Assembly (NCBI GenBank): GCA_964573185.1
Contig: CAZNIQ010000006.1
Coordinates: 1 to 28,314 of the forward strand
From: Candidatus Woesearchaeota archaeon
Lineage (GTDB): Archaea > Nanobdellota > Nanobdellia > Nanobdellales > CAZNIQ01
Direction of reading: 5' to 3'
DNA: 28,314 bases
The translations under genes were made by a program, and so were the position numbers. Within the stretch, counting starts at the first letter, position 1, and every line of letters begins with the position of its first letter. Under the pieces are notes generated by a model. The model searched no databases. It was not told the origin of the DNA and saw only the letters and a program-made list of their open reading frames with translations. Below, piece after piece: positions 8,617 to 16,719 of this stretch.

Positions 8617-9367
8617 CTCTCCTTCTTATTACGATCCTATCGGGATATACAATTATTCCTTTGTCTGTGATTTCAAATTCGTGTCTTCTCATATCATGTT
8701 TGGTTCCTCTCATCTTCCAAATGATCAGTGATCTCTTTAGCTCTCCGTTGATCTCATCCAAATCCAATCTTATAATACCATCTACAGCATGTTCTACACC
8801 TGGACCACCAAAACCCCTTTCAGATACAGAGACCTGTGAGACAAAGAACGTTGTGATTCCATATCCTGAAAATACTTTTTTTAATTGCAATACTATAGAT
8901 CTTGCTACAGAAGGTTTAGTCAAATATAATGTTGTTACAGAATCTACTACGCCTCTTACAGGATATTTACCAGTATTTTCATGTATCCATTGGATAGCTT
9001 CTCTTATAGTGTCTATTAAAGCCCTTACATCTGTTGGATCTGGAACAACAAATCTTTCTCTTTCAGCAGCTCTTCCAATACCAGCAGTAAAGCCATCTAT
9101 CATAGCAAACATTCCTTTTTCTTCAAAAGGTCTTACATCCCATCCGAAATTCTTCATATTTTCTCTGACTGCCACAGGATGCTCTTCTAAAGTTACATAA
9201 ATACCGGGCTCTCCATTTTGCAAACCATAATAAATATATTGCTGTGACATTATAGACTTTCCTGTTCCAGGTCCTCCTGAGATTAACACTACATTTCTTT
9301 TTGGTATTCCTCCATAAAGCAACTCATCCAATCCAGGTATTCCTGTTTTTACTCTTTGTATTGCCAT
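8600..9367 (-). CDS. KaiC-like / RecA-superfamily single-domain ATPase (COG0467)
   Basis: Carries [31 protein letters not shown] (Walker A) and a RecA-fold core. The C-terminal [25 protein letters not shown] is typical of archaeal KaiC-like proteins. Confidence 0.8.
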   Translation of the reverse strand: MAIQRVKTGIPGLDELLYGGIPKRNVVLISGGPGTGKSIMSQQYIYYGLQNGEPGIYVTLEEHPVAVRENMKNFGWDVRPFEEKGMFAMIDGFTAGIGRAAERERFVVPDPTDVRALIDTIREAIQWIHENTGKYPVRGVVDSVTTLYLTKPSVARSIVLQLKKVFSGYGITTFFVSQVSVSERGFGGPGVEHAVDGIIRLDLDEINGELKRSLIIWKMRGTKHDMRRHEFEITDKGIIVYPDRIVIRRRGVKKV

Positions 9368-9375
9368 AGTGATTC

Positions 9376-10203
9376 TTAGATTTTCTCTTTATTAATTCTT
9401 CTCCTTTTGATGTACTCAACTGAAGCTAGTAATTCTGGTTGAGGATATAGTTCTAAAAGCTCATAGATCTCTATCGGCACTTCTGTCTTAACGTTTAATC
9501 CTAATTCCTTAAGCTTTTTAGCTGTTATAGGATAATCATGTGTATATTTACCGGATGTTAATTCCTCTACAATCTTCTTAACTGTTTCCTTATCATATTT
9601 ATCTTTCAATAATTCATAAAGGAACTCTCTTATCTGTTGTAAAGCCTTTTCAGCAATATCTTTAAGAATAAGATACTTCGTTGGAACTTTTTCTTTCTTC
9701 TTCTCAACAGCTTTAACCAAAGAAGCGGCAGGTATTACCATAGTACCTATATTCAATTGAGGATCTACTGGTCCTAAAACTGCATTTTCATCCATCCAAA
9801 TTTCATCAGCAGCTAAAGCAATAAGGGTGCCACCTGACATAGCGTAATGAGGTATCACTACTATAGTTTTTCCTCTTCTTTTTTTCAAAGCTAAAGCTAT
9901 TTGTTGAGCGGCTAAAGCGATGCCACCGGGAGTATGTATTATTAACATTAGAGTTTGATCATCTGGAGTCTCCCTTATAGCCTCAAGAATACTTTCAGCA
10001 TCTTCAATTGTAATATACTTAAAAACAGGGATACCAAAGATAGACAAGGTTTCCATTCTATGAATCATTGTAACTACTCTTGCATTATATTTTCTTTCAA
10101 TCTCTTTTATTTTTCCATACCTCTTCCATTCTATATATCTTTTTTGTATAGTAGGATAGAAGAAAAATAAAATAAAGAATATCCAGAAGAGAATATCGAA
10201 CAT
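9376..10203 (-). CDS. Membrane-anchored ClpP-fold serine protease, SDH (DUF114, PF01972) family
   Basis: An N-terminal TM helix is followed by [64 protein letters not shown]. This is the characteristic SDH-proteinase block. Confidence 0.7.
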   Translation of the reverse strand: MFDILFWIFFILFFFYPTIQKRYIEWKRYGKIKEIERKYNARVVTMIHRMETLSIFGIPVFKYITIEDAESILEAIRETPDDQTLMLIIHTPGGIALAAQQIALALKKRRGKTIVVIPHYAMSGGTLIALAADEIWMDENAVLGPVDPQLNIGTMVIPAASLVKAVEKKKEKVPTKYLILKDIAEKALQQIREFLYELLKDKYDKETVKKIVEELTSGKYTHDYPITAKKLKELGLNVKTEVPIEIYELLELYPQPELLASVEYIKRRRINKEKI

Positions 10204-10236
10204 CTTTAAAAATAAGTTTGTAAATTAAAATATATT

Positions 10237-10788
10237 ATGGTATCCTTTGCTGAGTGGTTCATGAATGTTATGAAAGAGATAGGGTTGTATAGAATCTGGA
10301 TACCTTTCCTATTCACATGGGTAGTTCTTTATGCTTTAATAAAAATGTTCTTTGGAGATAAAATAAAAAACGATAAACTTATAGCTGCAATATCTTTCCT
10401 TACATCTTTTTTTGTTATTTACACTGCTCAAGCTACAGAAATATTAAATTATTATGTAGCTATCCTTGCTGCTTTTGCAATATTTCTATTTCTAGGTTTA
10501 ATTGTTCTAGGTTTATTTGGAATTAAAATTGAAGATTTACAGAAATTGAAAGAGAAATCTTGGGCAAACATAATCTTATTAGTAGTATTTGTTGTTCTCT
10601 TCTTCATAGCATTAAATATTGCCTATGGAAAAAGAATATCAGCCTATCTTACAGGGGGACAAGTAAATGTTACAGATCCCTTCGCTTTAGCGATGTTAGC
10701 AGTTACCCATCCAGCAGTTATAGGAACTTTCTTTACATTAATAATGTTTGGAATATTAGCGTATTTACTGATAGAACAACAACAATAA
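10237..10788 (+). CDS. Hypothetical polytopic membrane protein
   Basis: 183-aa ORF with 5-6 hydrophobic helices, divergent from the protease operon. I recognise no family motif. Confidence 0.5.
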   Translation: MVSFAEWFMNVMKEIGLYRIWIPFLFTWVVLYALIKMFFGDKIKNDKLIAAISFLTSFFVIYTAQATEILNYYVAILAAFAIFLFLGLIVLGLFGIKIEDLQKLKEKSWANIILLVVFVVLFFIALNIAYGKRISAYLTGGQVNVTDPFALAMLAVTHPAVIGTFFTLIMFGILAYLLIEQQQ

Positions 10789-11490
10789 TTATTTCTTAAG
10801 TTCTTTTATTTCTGCGTTACCTTCAGTTATCTTTTGTATATTTTCTATTACCTCGTCTTTCATTCCGGCAGGTATTTCAATTAAAAATATCCAAGAACCG
10901 TCAGAAGCCCACTCTTCTTTAGAAATCTTATATTTCCTTTTTATATACCCATAAGCATGGCCAACATATTCTGGCGGTATTCTAACAGCTAATAATACTT
11001 TCTCAAATTTTAAAGGTAAAACTAGCTTTAATTTCTTTATTATTTGATCTATTTGTACTTCTACAGGTTTAAACGGATCTATCTTAACACCAGCCTTTTC
11101 TAAAGCTTCTTCTATCCTTTGATAAGTATGTGGTAATCCTGTTCTGGGATCTATAGCGTTTCTTCTTATATATTCAATTATTTGTTTTTTCTTTTCTTCC
11201 ACAAGTTTCCTTCTCAATTGTGTAGAAATTTGTAGTTCTCCCTCTTTTATTATTATTTCTGCTACTTTGTATATATCATCTGTTCCAAAAACTTTTCTTA
11301 ATAGATCATAAGAAACTCTCTCTCCTTTCCTAGCATCTTTAAAAATTTCATCATAAACTAAGCATTCTCTAACATCTTTTATTTTTCCTTCTCTAAATAA
11401 AAAAGCTTTTTCAGAATCTACAAGTATTTCAAAAATGTGTTCTCCTTTCTTTAACCTTGCTATTACAGCTTCTTCAAGTCTTTTGACCAT
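10789..11490 (-). CDS. SBDS / Sdo1 ribosome-maturation protein
   Basis: The N-terminal FYSH-domain pattern ARLKKGEHIFEILVD..KA..FREG is present. Length and position directly after psmA match the archaeal superoperon. Confidence 0.85.
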   Translation of the reverse strand: MVKRLEEAVIARLKKGEHIFEILVDSEKAFLFREGKIKDVRECLVYDEIFKDARKGERVSYDLLRKVFGTDDIYKVAEIIIKEGELQISTQLRRKLVEEKKKQIIEYIRRNAIDPRTGLPHTYQRIEEALEKAGVKIDPFKPVEVQIDQIIKKLKLVLPLKFEKVLLAVRIPPEYVGHAYGYIKRKYKISKEEWASDGSWIFLIEIPAGMKDEVIENIQKITEGNAEIKELKK

Positions 11491-12205
11491 TTATTTCTTT
11501 AAAATACTCTTCCATCTCCTTTCTTGTTAAAAACTTGATACCTTCTTTAGTTATTACTGCCCCATCTACTCTATTAATGTCAAAATCTTTTCCTAAAGCT
11601 TCCTTTAAAGCTTTTAACCCTAATTTAATACCATCCTTTAATGAAATTTCTTCTTTATATTCTTTTTCTAATATACTCCATATTTTAACCTCCCCTTCAC
11701 CAATTACAGCAGCTTTATATTGGAAATAAGCTCCGGAAGGTTCTATCATGAATAGTTCTTTTGTACCATCTTCATTTATTCCTGCAAAAATAATAGCAAC
11801 ACCAAAAGGTCTTAAACCGCCATACTGTGTAAAAATTTGCATATAATCTGCAATATCTTTAACTAATGATCTTACATCTATTTTTGTTCCATAGACAATC
11901 CTGTGTTCTTGAGCAATTATTCTTGCCCTTTCAATCAGAACTCTACCATCGGAAATGAAACCAGCAAAAGTAGCAAGAATATGATCATCTATCTTAAATA
12001 TTTTTTCAACAGAATCAGAAATGACGAGTTTATTTGGTATTTTTTTATCAGCTAAAATAACTATTCCTTCCTTTGTAACTAAAGCTAAAGCTGTAGAACC
12101 TTGTCTAGCAGCTTGTCTAGCATATTCTACTTGTAATATTCTCCCATCAGGAGCAAATGTTGTTATTGCTCTATCGTATCCTAAAGCCTGATGTGGTAAC
12201 TCCAT
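11474..12205 (-). CDS. psmA: Proteasome alpha subunit
   Basis: Carries the alpha-subunit signature YDRAITTFAPDGRILQVEYA, plus GSTALALVTKEGIVILADKK. Confidence 0.93.
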   Translation of the reverse strand: MELPHQALGYDRAITTFAPDGRILQVEYARQAARQGSTALALVTKEGIVILADKKIPNKLVISDSVEKIFKIDDHILATFAGFISDGRVLIERARIIAQEHRIVYGTKIDVRSLVKDIADYMQIFTQYGGLRPFGVAIIFAGINEDGTKELFMIEPSGAYFQYKAAVIGEGEVKIWSILEKEYKEEISLKDGIKLGLKALKEALGKDFDINRVDGAVITKEGIKFLTRKEMEEYFKEINGQKT

Positions 12206-12217
12206 AATAAAGAACTT

Positions 12218-12568
12218 TTATAAAGAGTTTAATATTTTTCTAGCTTTCTTTAACGTTCCTGTGACACAAAGAATTCTCGGTATAACTTTTTCACCTCTTA
12301 TACTTTTTATACTAATAATGGCTAATTTCGCGTGCTCAACGTATTTATGGCTTACTCTTAAAATGCCAACATTTTTTTCTTTTATCCAAAACTCTGGTAA
12401 AAAAATTGGCCCTATATAGCCTATACCAAACTCCCCATATAATTCTAATAACTTAGAATAAATTGCTTCTTTTACTTCTTCATATAAAAAATTTCTATTT
12501 GAAAAAAATTGAAAGAGGATATATCTCTTTTTTTCTCTTAAAGTAGGTAGTATGGGTTTAAATCTCAC
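12218..12568 (-). CDS. rnp2: RNase P protein component 2 (Pop5/Rpp14 homologue)
   Basis: 116 aa. LPTLREKKRYILFQ at the N-terminus and the conserved position upstream of psmA support the call. Confidence 0.75.
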   Translation of the reverse strand: MRFKPILPTLREKKRYILFQFFSNRNFLYEEVKEAIYSKLLELYGEFGIGYIGPIFLPEFWIKEKNVGILRVSHKYVEHAKLAIISIKSIRGEKVIPRILCVTGTLKKARKILNSL

Positions 12569-13479
12569 CTCTTTTTCTTTCCAGTTTCTTCAATTTGCAA
12601 TCCTAATTTTTCTACTAACTCTTTATATCTATTCCTTATAGTTACTTCTGTTACTCCAGCTACTTCCGCTATCTCTCTTTGTGTTTTTCTAATACCATAC
12701 ATTGTTGCTGCTATGTATAAAGCCGCAGCAGCTATACCTTGTGGTCCCCTTCCTGAAGTTAAATCTAATTCTCTAGCTTTCTCTACAATTTCTACAGCTT
12801 TTGCAATAACTTCTGGTGGCAAATTCAATAAAGCACCAAATCTATGTACGTATTCTACAGGACTTATAGGTAATACTTTGATCTTTAATTGTCTTATCAA
12901 ATATCTATAGGTTCTTCCTAATTCTTTCTTATTTACACCTGCAGCTTGTGCTATTTCTTCAAATGTTACTGGGATTTCTAATTTTCTGCAAGCTATATAA
13001 ACGCATGCTGCTACAACAGTTTCAATAGATCTTCCTCTAATTAATCCCTTTTCTGCAGCTTCTAAATATATCTTTGCAGCTTCTTCTTCAACAGTTTGTG
13101 GTAAGTTTAATTGCGAAGTTATTCTCTTTAATTCTTGCATTGCTATCTTTAGATTTCTCTCTAATGACGACGTAGCTCTCTGTTGCCATTTCTTTAATCT
13201 CATAAATTCTGCTCTCTCTTCTTCTGAAAGTTTATATAAATCTTCTATGTTTCCTATTTCTGTAGATAATCCTGTAGCCATCTTTGTTAAAGTTGTTGGG
13301 CTTCCAGCTCTTCTTTTAGTTTCTGCATCCTTTATATCAAACTCTCTCCACTCTTTACCAACATCTACTGTAGTTTCCAATACGTATCCGCATCTTTTAC
13401 ATATTAATTCACCAGTTTCAGGATCGTATATGAATTCCGTTGATCCACAGACAGGACATCTGAGTTTTTGCTCTGCCAT
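12565..13479 (-). CDS. tfb: Transcription initiation factor B (TFIIB homologue)
   Basis: Has an N-terminal Zn ribbon (CPVCGS..x..CKRCG), a B-linker and two cyclin-fold repeats (RGRSIETVVAACVYIACR; RGPQGIAAAALYIAA). The stop overlaps the rnp2 start by 4 nt. Confidence 0.93.
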   Translation of the reverse strand: MAEQKLRCPVCGSTEFIYDPETGELICKRCGYVLETTVDVGKEWREFDIKDAETKRRAGSPTTLTKMATGLSTEIGNIEDLYKLSEEERAEFMRLKKWQQRATSSLERNLKIAMQELKRITSQLNLPQTVEEEAAKIYLEAAEKGLIRGRSIETVVAACVYIACRKLEIPVTFEEIAQAAGVNKKELGRTYRYLIRQLKIKVLPISPVEYVHRFGALLNLPPEVIAKAVEIVEKARELDLTSGRGPQGIAAAALYIAATMYGIRKTQREIAEVAGVTEVTIRNRYKELVEKLGLQIEETGKKKR

Positions 13480-13502
13480 AAGGTTTATAAGCTCTCTCCG
13501 GA

Positions 13503-13511
13503 ATTTTTAAA
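13503..13511 (-). promoter_or_regulatory. TATA-box candidate for tfb
   Basis: The minus strand reads ATTTAAAAAT, centred about 28 nt upstream of the tfb ATG at 13479. This is consistent with a leaderless transcript. Confidence 0.4.
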
Positions 13512-13518
13512 TCTTTTT

Positions 13519-13761
13519 CTACAGTAGTGAAAGAAATCCTTTAAAAAGTAAATAGAAGAACGCAAAAGGATAAATAAATGTTACGTTGAGGATTAGCAAT
13601 AAAGAAATTATAAAGTCTATTATATTTAAAAGAAGGGTTGGAGATAAGATAAAGAAATATAATGATTTTACAAAAAAGATATAGCGAAAAATAAATAGAA
13701 ATGGGAATATTAAAGATAAAGCAGTAAAAATATCTATTAATCCTAAAATTTTAATAATCAT
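13519..13761 (-). CDS. Small hydrophobic membrane protein (3 TM helices), unknown function
   Basis: 80-aa ORF whose start overlaps the upstream membrane-protein stop by 4 nt. The composition is almost entirely hydrophobic. Confidence 0.4.
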   Translation of the reverse strand: MIIKILGLIDIFTALSLIFPFLFIFRYIFFVKSLYFFILSPTLLLNIIDFIISLLLILNVTFIYPFAFFYLLFKGFLSLL

Positions 13762-14534
13762 GATAATTCTTTATATAACCAGTAGAATTTTGAGGCAAAG
13801 AAAACTATTATAGCAAATACTAATGCTGCTATAATATTTATATGCATCAAAAGTATGTATACAAAGATTGCCAGCAATCTAGGATATGTAACGGATTTTG
13901 CTGTCATTATCATTAAATCTCCTTCAGTATAAGTATTTGGTTCAAAATCATAAGGCTTTAATAAAGGTAATAAGATGGTAACCCATGGAATTATTTTTGA
14001 AACAAAATAAACTAGTGAGAAATGAATAAAATAAATGTATAAATTTGATAGAAACCAATTAGATGAAAATAAAATATAAATTATGCTTAAAACAATAAAA
14101 TAATAGAAAAGTGCCTTTAGAAAAATTGTAATTCTTTCTTCTATCTTTTCTTCTTTAGTACCTGTCCTAAATATAGGATGTTTAGAGAGCTTTATAATAT
14201 ATGCTGTTGCTGGGAAGAATAGCCCATAAGTAATAAAGGTAAAAGCTATTGGAAGGATGTAACCTATAGGAATTTTTATTTCGGATTTCACTACAGTTTT
14301 CTTTAGATGGGAATATTTTCTCGTTTCTTTAGAAAAGTACAATTCCGTAAAAGAGATATCATATCCTTTTTTTAAAGCAAAGAATCTTAAAATTCCTAGA
14401 AAAATTAGCTGGGCAACAAAACTAACTATAAAAGCAAAAAGAAAATTCCAGAATAAGATATAAGGATTGCCCCATTTTAAATATGTTAGAGCAAAAGCTG
14501 AAATGAGGGAATATGTTATAATTTCTTTTATCAT
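13758..14534 (-). CDS. Hypothetical polytopic membrane protein
   Basis: 258-aa ORF with about 7 hydrophobic helices. It overlaps the ROK-like gene by 1 nt. I found no HExxH or other catalytic motif. Confidence 0.55.
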   Translation of the reverse strand: MIKEIITYSLISAFALTYLKWGNPYILFWNFLFAFIVSFVAQLIFLGILRFFALKKGYDISFTELYFSKETRKYSHLKKTVVKSEIKIPIGYILPIAFTFITYGLFFPATAYIIKLSKHPIFRTGTKEEKIEERITIFLKALFYYFIVLSIIYILFSSNWFLSNLYIYFIHFSLVYFVSKIIPWVTILLPLLKPYDFEPNTYTEGDLMIMTAKSVTYPRLLAIFVYILLMHINIIAALVFAIIVFFASKFYWLYKELS

Positions 14535-15181
14535 TATAATATGTTTTTAAAGGTATTATATATTTTTAGTAATCCTTTATGGTTCGTTTCATAACTACTA
14601 TCTATTTTTATTTTGAATTTTACAAAGCCGTTATCGATTATTCTGTTATTATATTCCTTAAATAGAAAAGCTCTGCCGCCTCCAATAACAACGTACCTTG
14701 GCATAAAAACAAAAGAGATTTTCTTAATAGTTTCTATATCAATATCTTCGAACGTATAAGAAAATTCAGGATTGTTTATTACGTATTCAAAATCTCCTAG
14801 CAATGATCTTGTAAAGAAAATCGCATTGAAGCCAGTACCTATTTGCAATGCTAGAACTCTATTAAATTTCGTTCCCCAATAATAACCAAAAGAAACAACA
14901 TCGTTTACTACTAATGTTAAATCTAGCTTTATTTTCTTTAAATTAAAGAGATCCGATTTAACATAAAAATTACCACGTTTATAATATACTTTCCCTGCTA
15001 TTGCAAGCAAAACTTCTTCCTCTCTATCTAATTTTTCAAGAAAATCTATAAACTCCAATAGATTCGTATCTTTTGTTCTTGCAAAGAATAATCTTCCTCT
15101 TTTCTCGTAATTTTTGAAAAAATTTAGAAGTTTTTTAGAAGTAAAAGAAATCTTTGTACCCCCAAGATCAACTGTAATCAT
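14534..15181 (-). CDS. Minimal ROK-like / ASKHA-fold (sugar-kinase-like) protein
   Basis: The ordered ASKHA/ROK motifs are present: ITVDLGGTK (phosphate 1), LAIAGKV, VVNDVVSFGYY (ROK ND motif), LALQIGTGFNA (phosphate 2) and VVIGGGRA (adenosine). It is only 215 aa and lacks the Cys-rich Zn motif of classical ROK kinases. Confidence 0.55.
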   Translation of the reverse strand: MITVDLGGTKISFTSKKLLNFFKNYEKRGRLFFARTKDTNLLEFIDFLEKLDREEEVLLAIAGKVYYKRGNFYVKSDLFNLKKIKLDLTLVVNDVVSFGYYWGTKFNRVLALQIGTGFNAIFFTRSLLGDFEYVINNPEFSYTFEDIDIETIKKISFVFMPRYVVIGGGRAFLFKEYNNRIIDNGFVKFKIKIDSSYETNHKGLLKIYNTFKNIL

Positions 15182-15381
15182 GCAAGCGTTATTCTTATTA
15201 CAAATTTCTTAGGTTCATGATGTTGTCTTATTTTAACTCTTTTTATTTTTCCTTCTTTTTCCAACCATTCTAAAACTCTTCTAACAACACCAGGATGTGT
15301 ATTTAGTTTCTTTATTAATTCTTCTAACTCAATTTCTCCTTGTTCTTCAAGTATTTTAAGTATCTGTTCAGAAATTTTCAT
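15178..15381 (-). CDS. Small winged-helix DNA-binding protein
   Basis: 67 aa. ILKILEEQGEIELEELIKKLNTHPGVVRRVLEWLEKEGKIKRV has the H1-H2-H3-wing pattern of MarR/ArsR-like wHTH domains. Its stop overlaps the ROK-like start as ATGA. Confidence 0.55.
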   Translation of the reverse strand: MKISEQILKILEEQGEIELEELIKKLNTHPGVVRRVLEWLEKEGKIKRVKIRQHHEPKKFVIRITLA

Positions 15382-15408
15382 TTAAATTTGTTTGAAGAAA
15401 GATTATTA

Positions 15409-15463
15409 AATGTGATGAGCTCACGGTCCCCTGAAATATGATGATGTGCGCCCTTTCTGAATT
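15409..15463 (+). ncRNA. C/D box sRNA (2'-O-methylation guide)
   Basis: Boxes and guides, in order: C box GTGATGA (15412-15418), 12-nt guide GCTCACGGTCCC, D' box CTGA (15431-15434), 3-nt spacer, C' box ATGATGA (15438-15444), 12-nt guide TGTGCGCCCTTT, D box CTGA (15457-15460). A 3-bp terminal stem AAT/ATT closes the RNA. The canonical archaeal 12-nt spacing is exact. The guides are GC-rich within an AT-rich spacer. Confidence 0.8.
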
Positions 15464-16061
15464 ATATCAAATGAACGTTAAGTTTCAGTAACAGGAACTT
15501 GTACAAAGTAAGAACTAATGAGAACAAAGCTAGGAAAACTATTATTTCATATTTTAATTTGTGTTTAAAATACTTTGCTCTTTCTTTATGAAATACTACA
15601 TCTAAAAGTTCGTCTCCAAAATATATAGACATAAAGGTTCCTATACAAGATAAAATAATAATCAACCAATAAGGCCAAGGATTTGTTAAGATATAATAAA
15701 GTAAATGTAATAGAAGAGTTTTATGGTAAATTTCTGGATTAAAGAGCAAATTATAGATATTTAGAGAAATTGCAATAATCCATACTCCAATTTCAGAATA
15801 AAGCATCCGAATTCCTGTAATTAATCTTAATGGAAAATCTAATAATAAACCAGCATCCGCTATTGGAGTGCATAGAACAAAGAAAGACCAAGTTAACCAA
15901 GCAACTAAAAATCCTTCTTTGACACCAAATTTCAAAGAAACATAAATGAAATAAGATATAAAGATAATCAGAACTCCTAGGAATTTAATAAGGACTTCTC
16001 TCTTAGTTTCATGTTCCTTGAGGTGTTTAAGAGGTATTTTCATAAATAAGAAATTCAGCAA
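15462..16061 (-). CDS. Hypothetical polytopic membrane protein
   Basis: 199-aa ORF with about 6 hydrophobic helices, 3 nt downstream of vapC on the same strand. I recognise no family motif. Confidence 0.5.
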   Translation of the reverse strand: MLNFLFMKIPLKHLKEHETKREVLIKFLGVLIIFISYFIYVSLKFGVKEGFLVAWLTWSFFVLCTPIADAGLLLDFPLRLITGIRMLYSEIGVWIIAISLNIYNLLFNPEIYHKTLLLHLLYYILTNPWPYWLIIILSCIGTFMSIYFGDELLDVVFHKERAKYFKHKLKYEIIVFLALFSLVLTLYKFLLLKLNVHLI

Positions 16062-16064
16062 AAA

Positions 16065-16448
16065 TCAAATAAGAATTAATCCGTATTCTTTCAATCTTTC
16101 AAAATGCTTTCTGTTTAGAGTATAGAGTGGTACTGAATTAGCAATACATATAGAGGCAATCATAATATCCCTTAAATCTAATACTAAGCCTTTCTTTTTT
16201 AAATCCCTTATAATATCTGCTGCTATTATAGTGGATCTAAAATCAAAATCTAAAATAATTAATCCAGATAAAAATTGTAAATATAAATCTCTCTTTCTTT
16301 CACTCATATTTGTTAATAATTCCATAACAGTTATTGTTGTTGTTGCTATACTACCCGGAAACTCTTCTATAACCCTTTTTACCTCAAGATTTCCCCTAAA
16401 TAATTCTATAATAACGTTTGTATCTAAGCAAAGACATCTCTTGTCCAT
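16065..16448 (-). CDS. vapC: PIN-domain toxin VapC
   Basis: 127 aa. LCLDTNVIIELF supplies the first PIN acidic residue. Further conserved acidic positions occur in VMELL and DIMIA, and the size is typical. Confidence 0.8.
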   Translation of the reverse strand: MDKRCLCLDTNVIIELFRGNLEVKRVIEEFPGSIATTTITVMELLTNMSERKRDLYLQFLSGLIILDFDFRSTIIAADIIRDLKKKGLVLDLRDIMIASICIANSVPLYTLNRKHFERLKEYGLILI

Positions 16449-16639
16449 TTTTTAAATAAACTTTCTAGAAATTCTTTATTTTCTTTTTTCTCTTCCCATC
16501 CAATTCCAAAAAACTTCAATACATATTTTTTATTGTTTTCTCTTAAAAGCTCCCTAATTACTTCTGAAAAGGATTTATTCCCTTTTATTTTTAGAAGCTC
16601 TTCGTAAACATCATCTGAAATAGTAATAGTTTTTACCAT
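16424..16639 (-). CDS. vapB: VapB-type antitoxin (archaeal MVKTITISDDVYE..L family)
   Basis: MVKTITISDDVYEELLKIKGNKSFSEVIRELL is the conserved N-terminus of archaeal PIN-associated antitoxins. I prefer the ATG at 16639 because TTTATAAATA (minus strand, 16659-16668) lies about 24 nt upstream of it. The ORF-track start at 16654 is only about 10 nt from that box. The gene overlaps vapC by 25 nt. Confidence 0.65.
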   Translation of the reverse strand: MVKTITISDDVYEELLKIKGNKSFSEVIRELLRENNKKYVLKFFGIGWEEKKENKEFLESLFKKWTRDVFA

Positions 16640-16688
16640 ACATTTTAAATACATTTATTATTTATAAACTTTTTTCTTCATTAAGATA

Positions 16689-16698
16689 TTTATTTAAA
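16689..16698 (+). promoter_or_regulatory. TATA-box candidate for rps2
   Basis: TTTATTTAAA is centred about 26-27 nt upstream of the rps2 ATG at 16720. Confidence 0.4.
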
Positions 16699-16719
16699 TC
16701 TTTCCATAAAGAAAACGTA

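Noticed and set aside
10560-10799. 79-aa + strand ORFs in alternative frames of membrane-protein genes (10560-10799, and similarly 17900-18091).
   Set aside because: Each overlaps the membrane-protein frame on the same strand. The translations lack hydrophobic-helix periodicity or motifs. The main frames give coherent TM topology.
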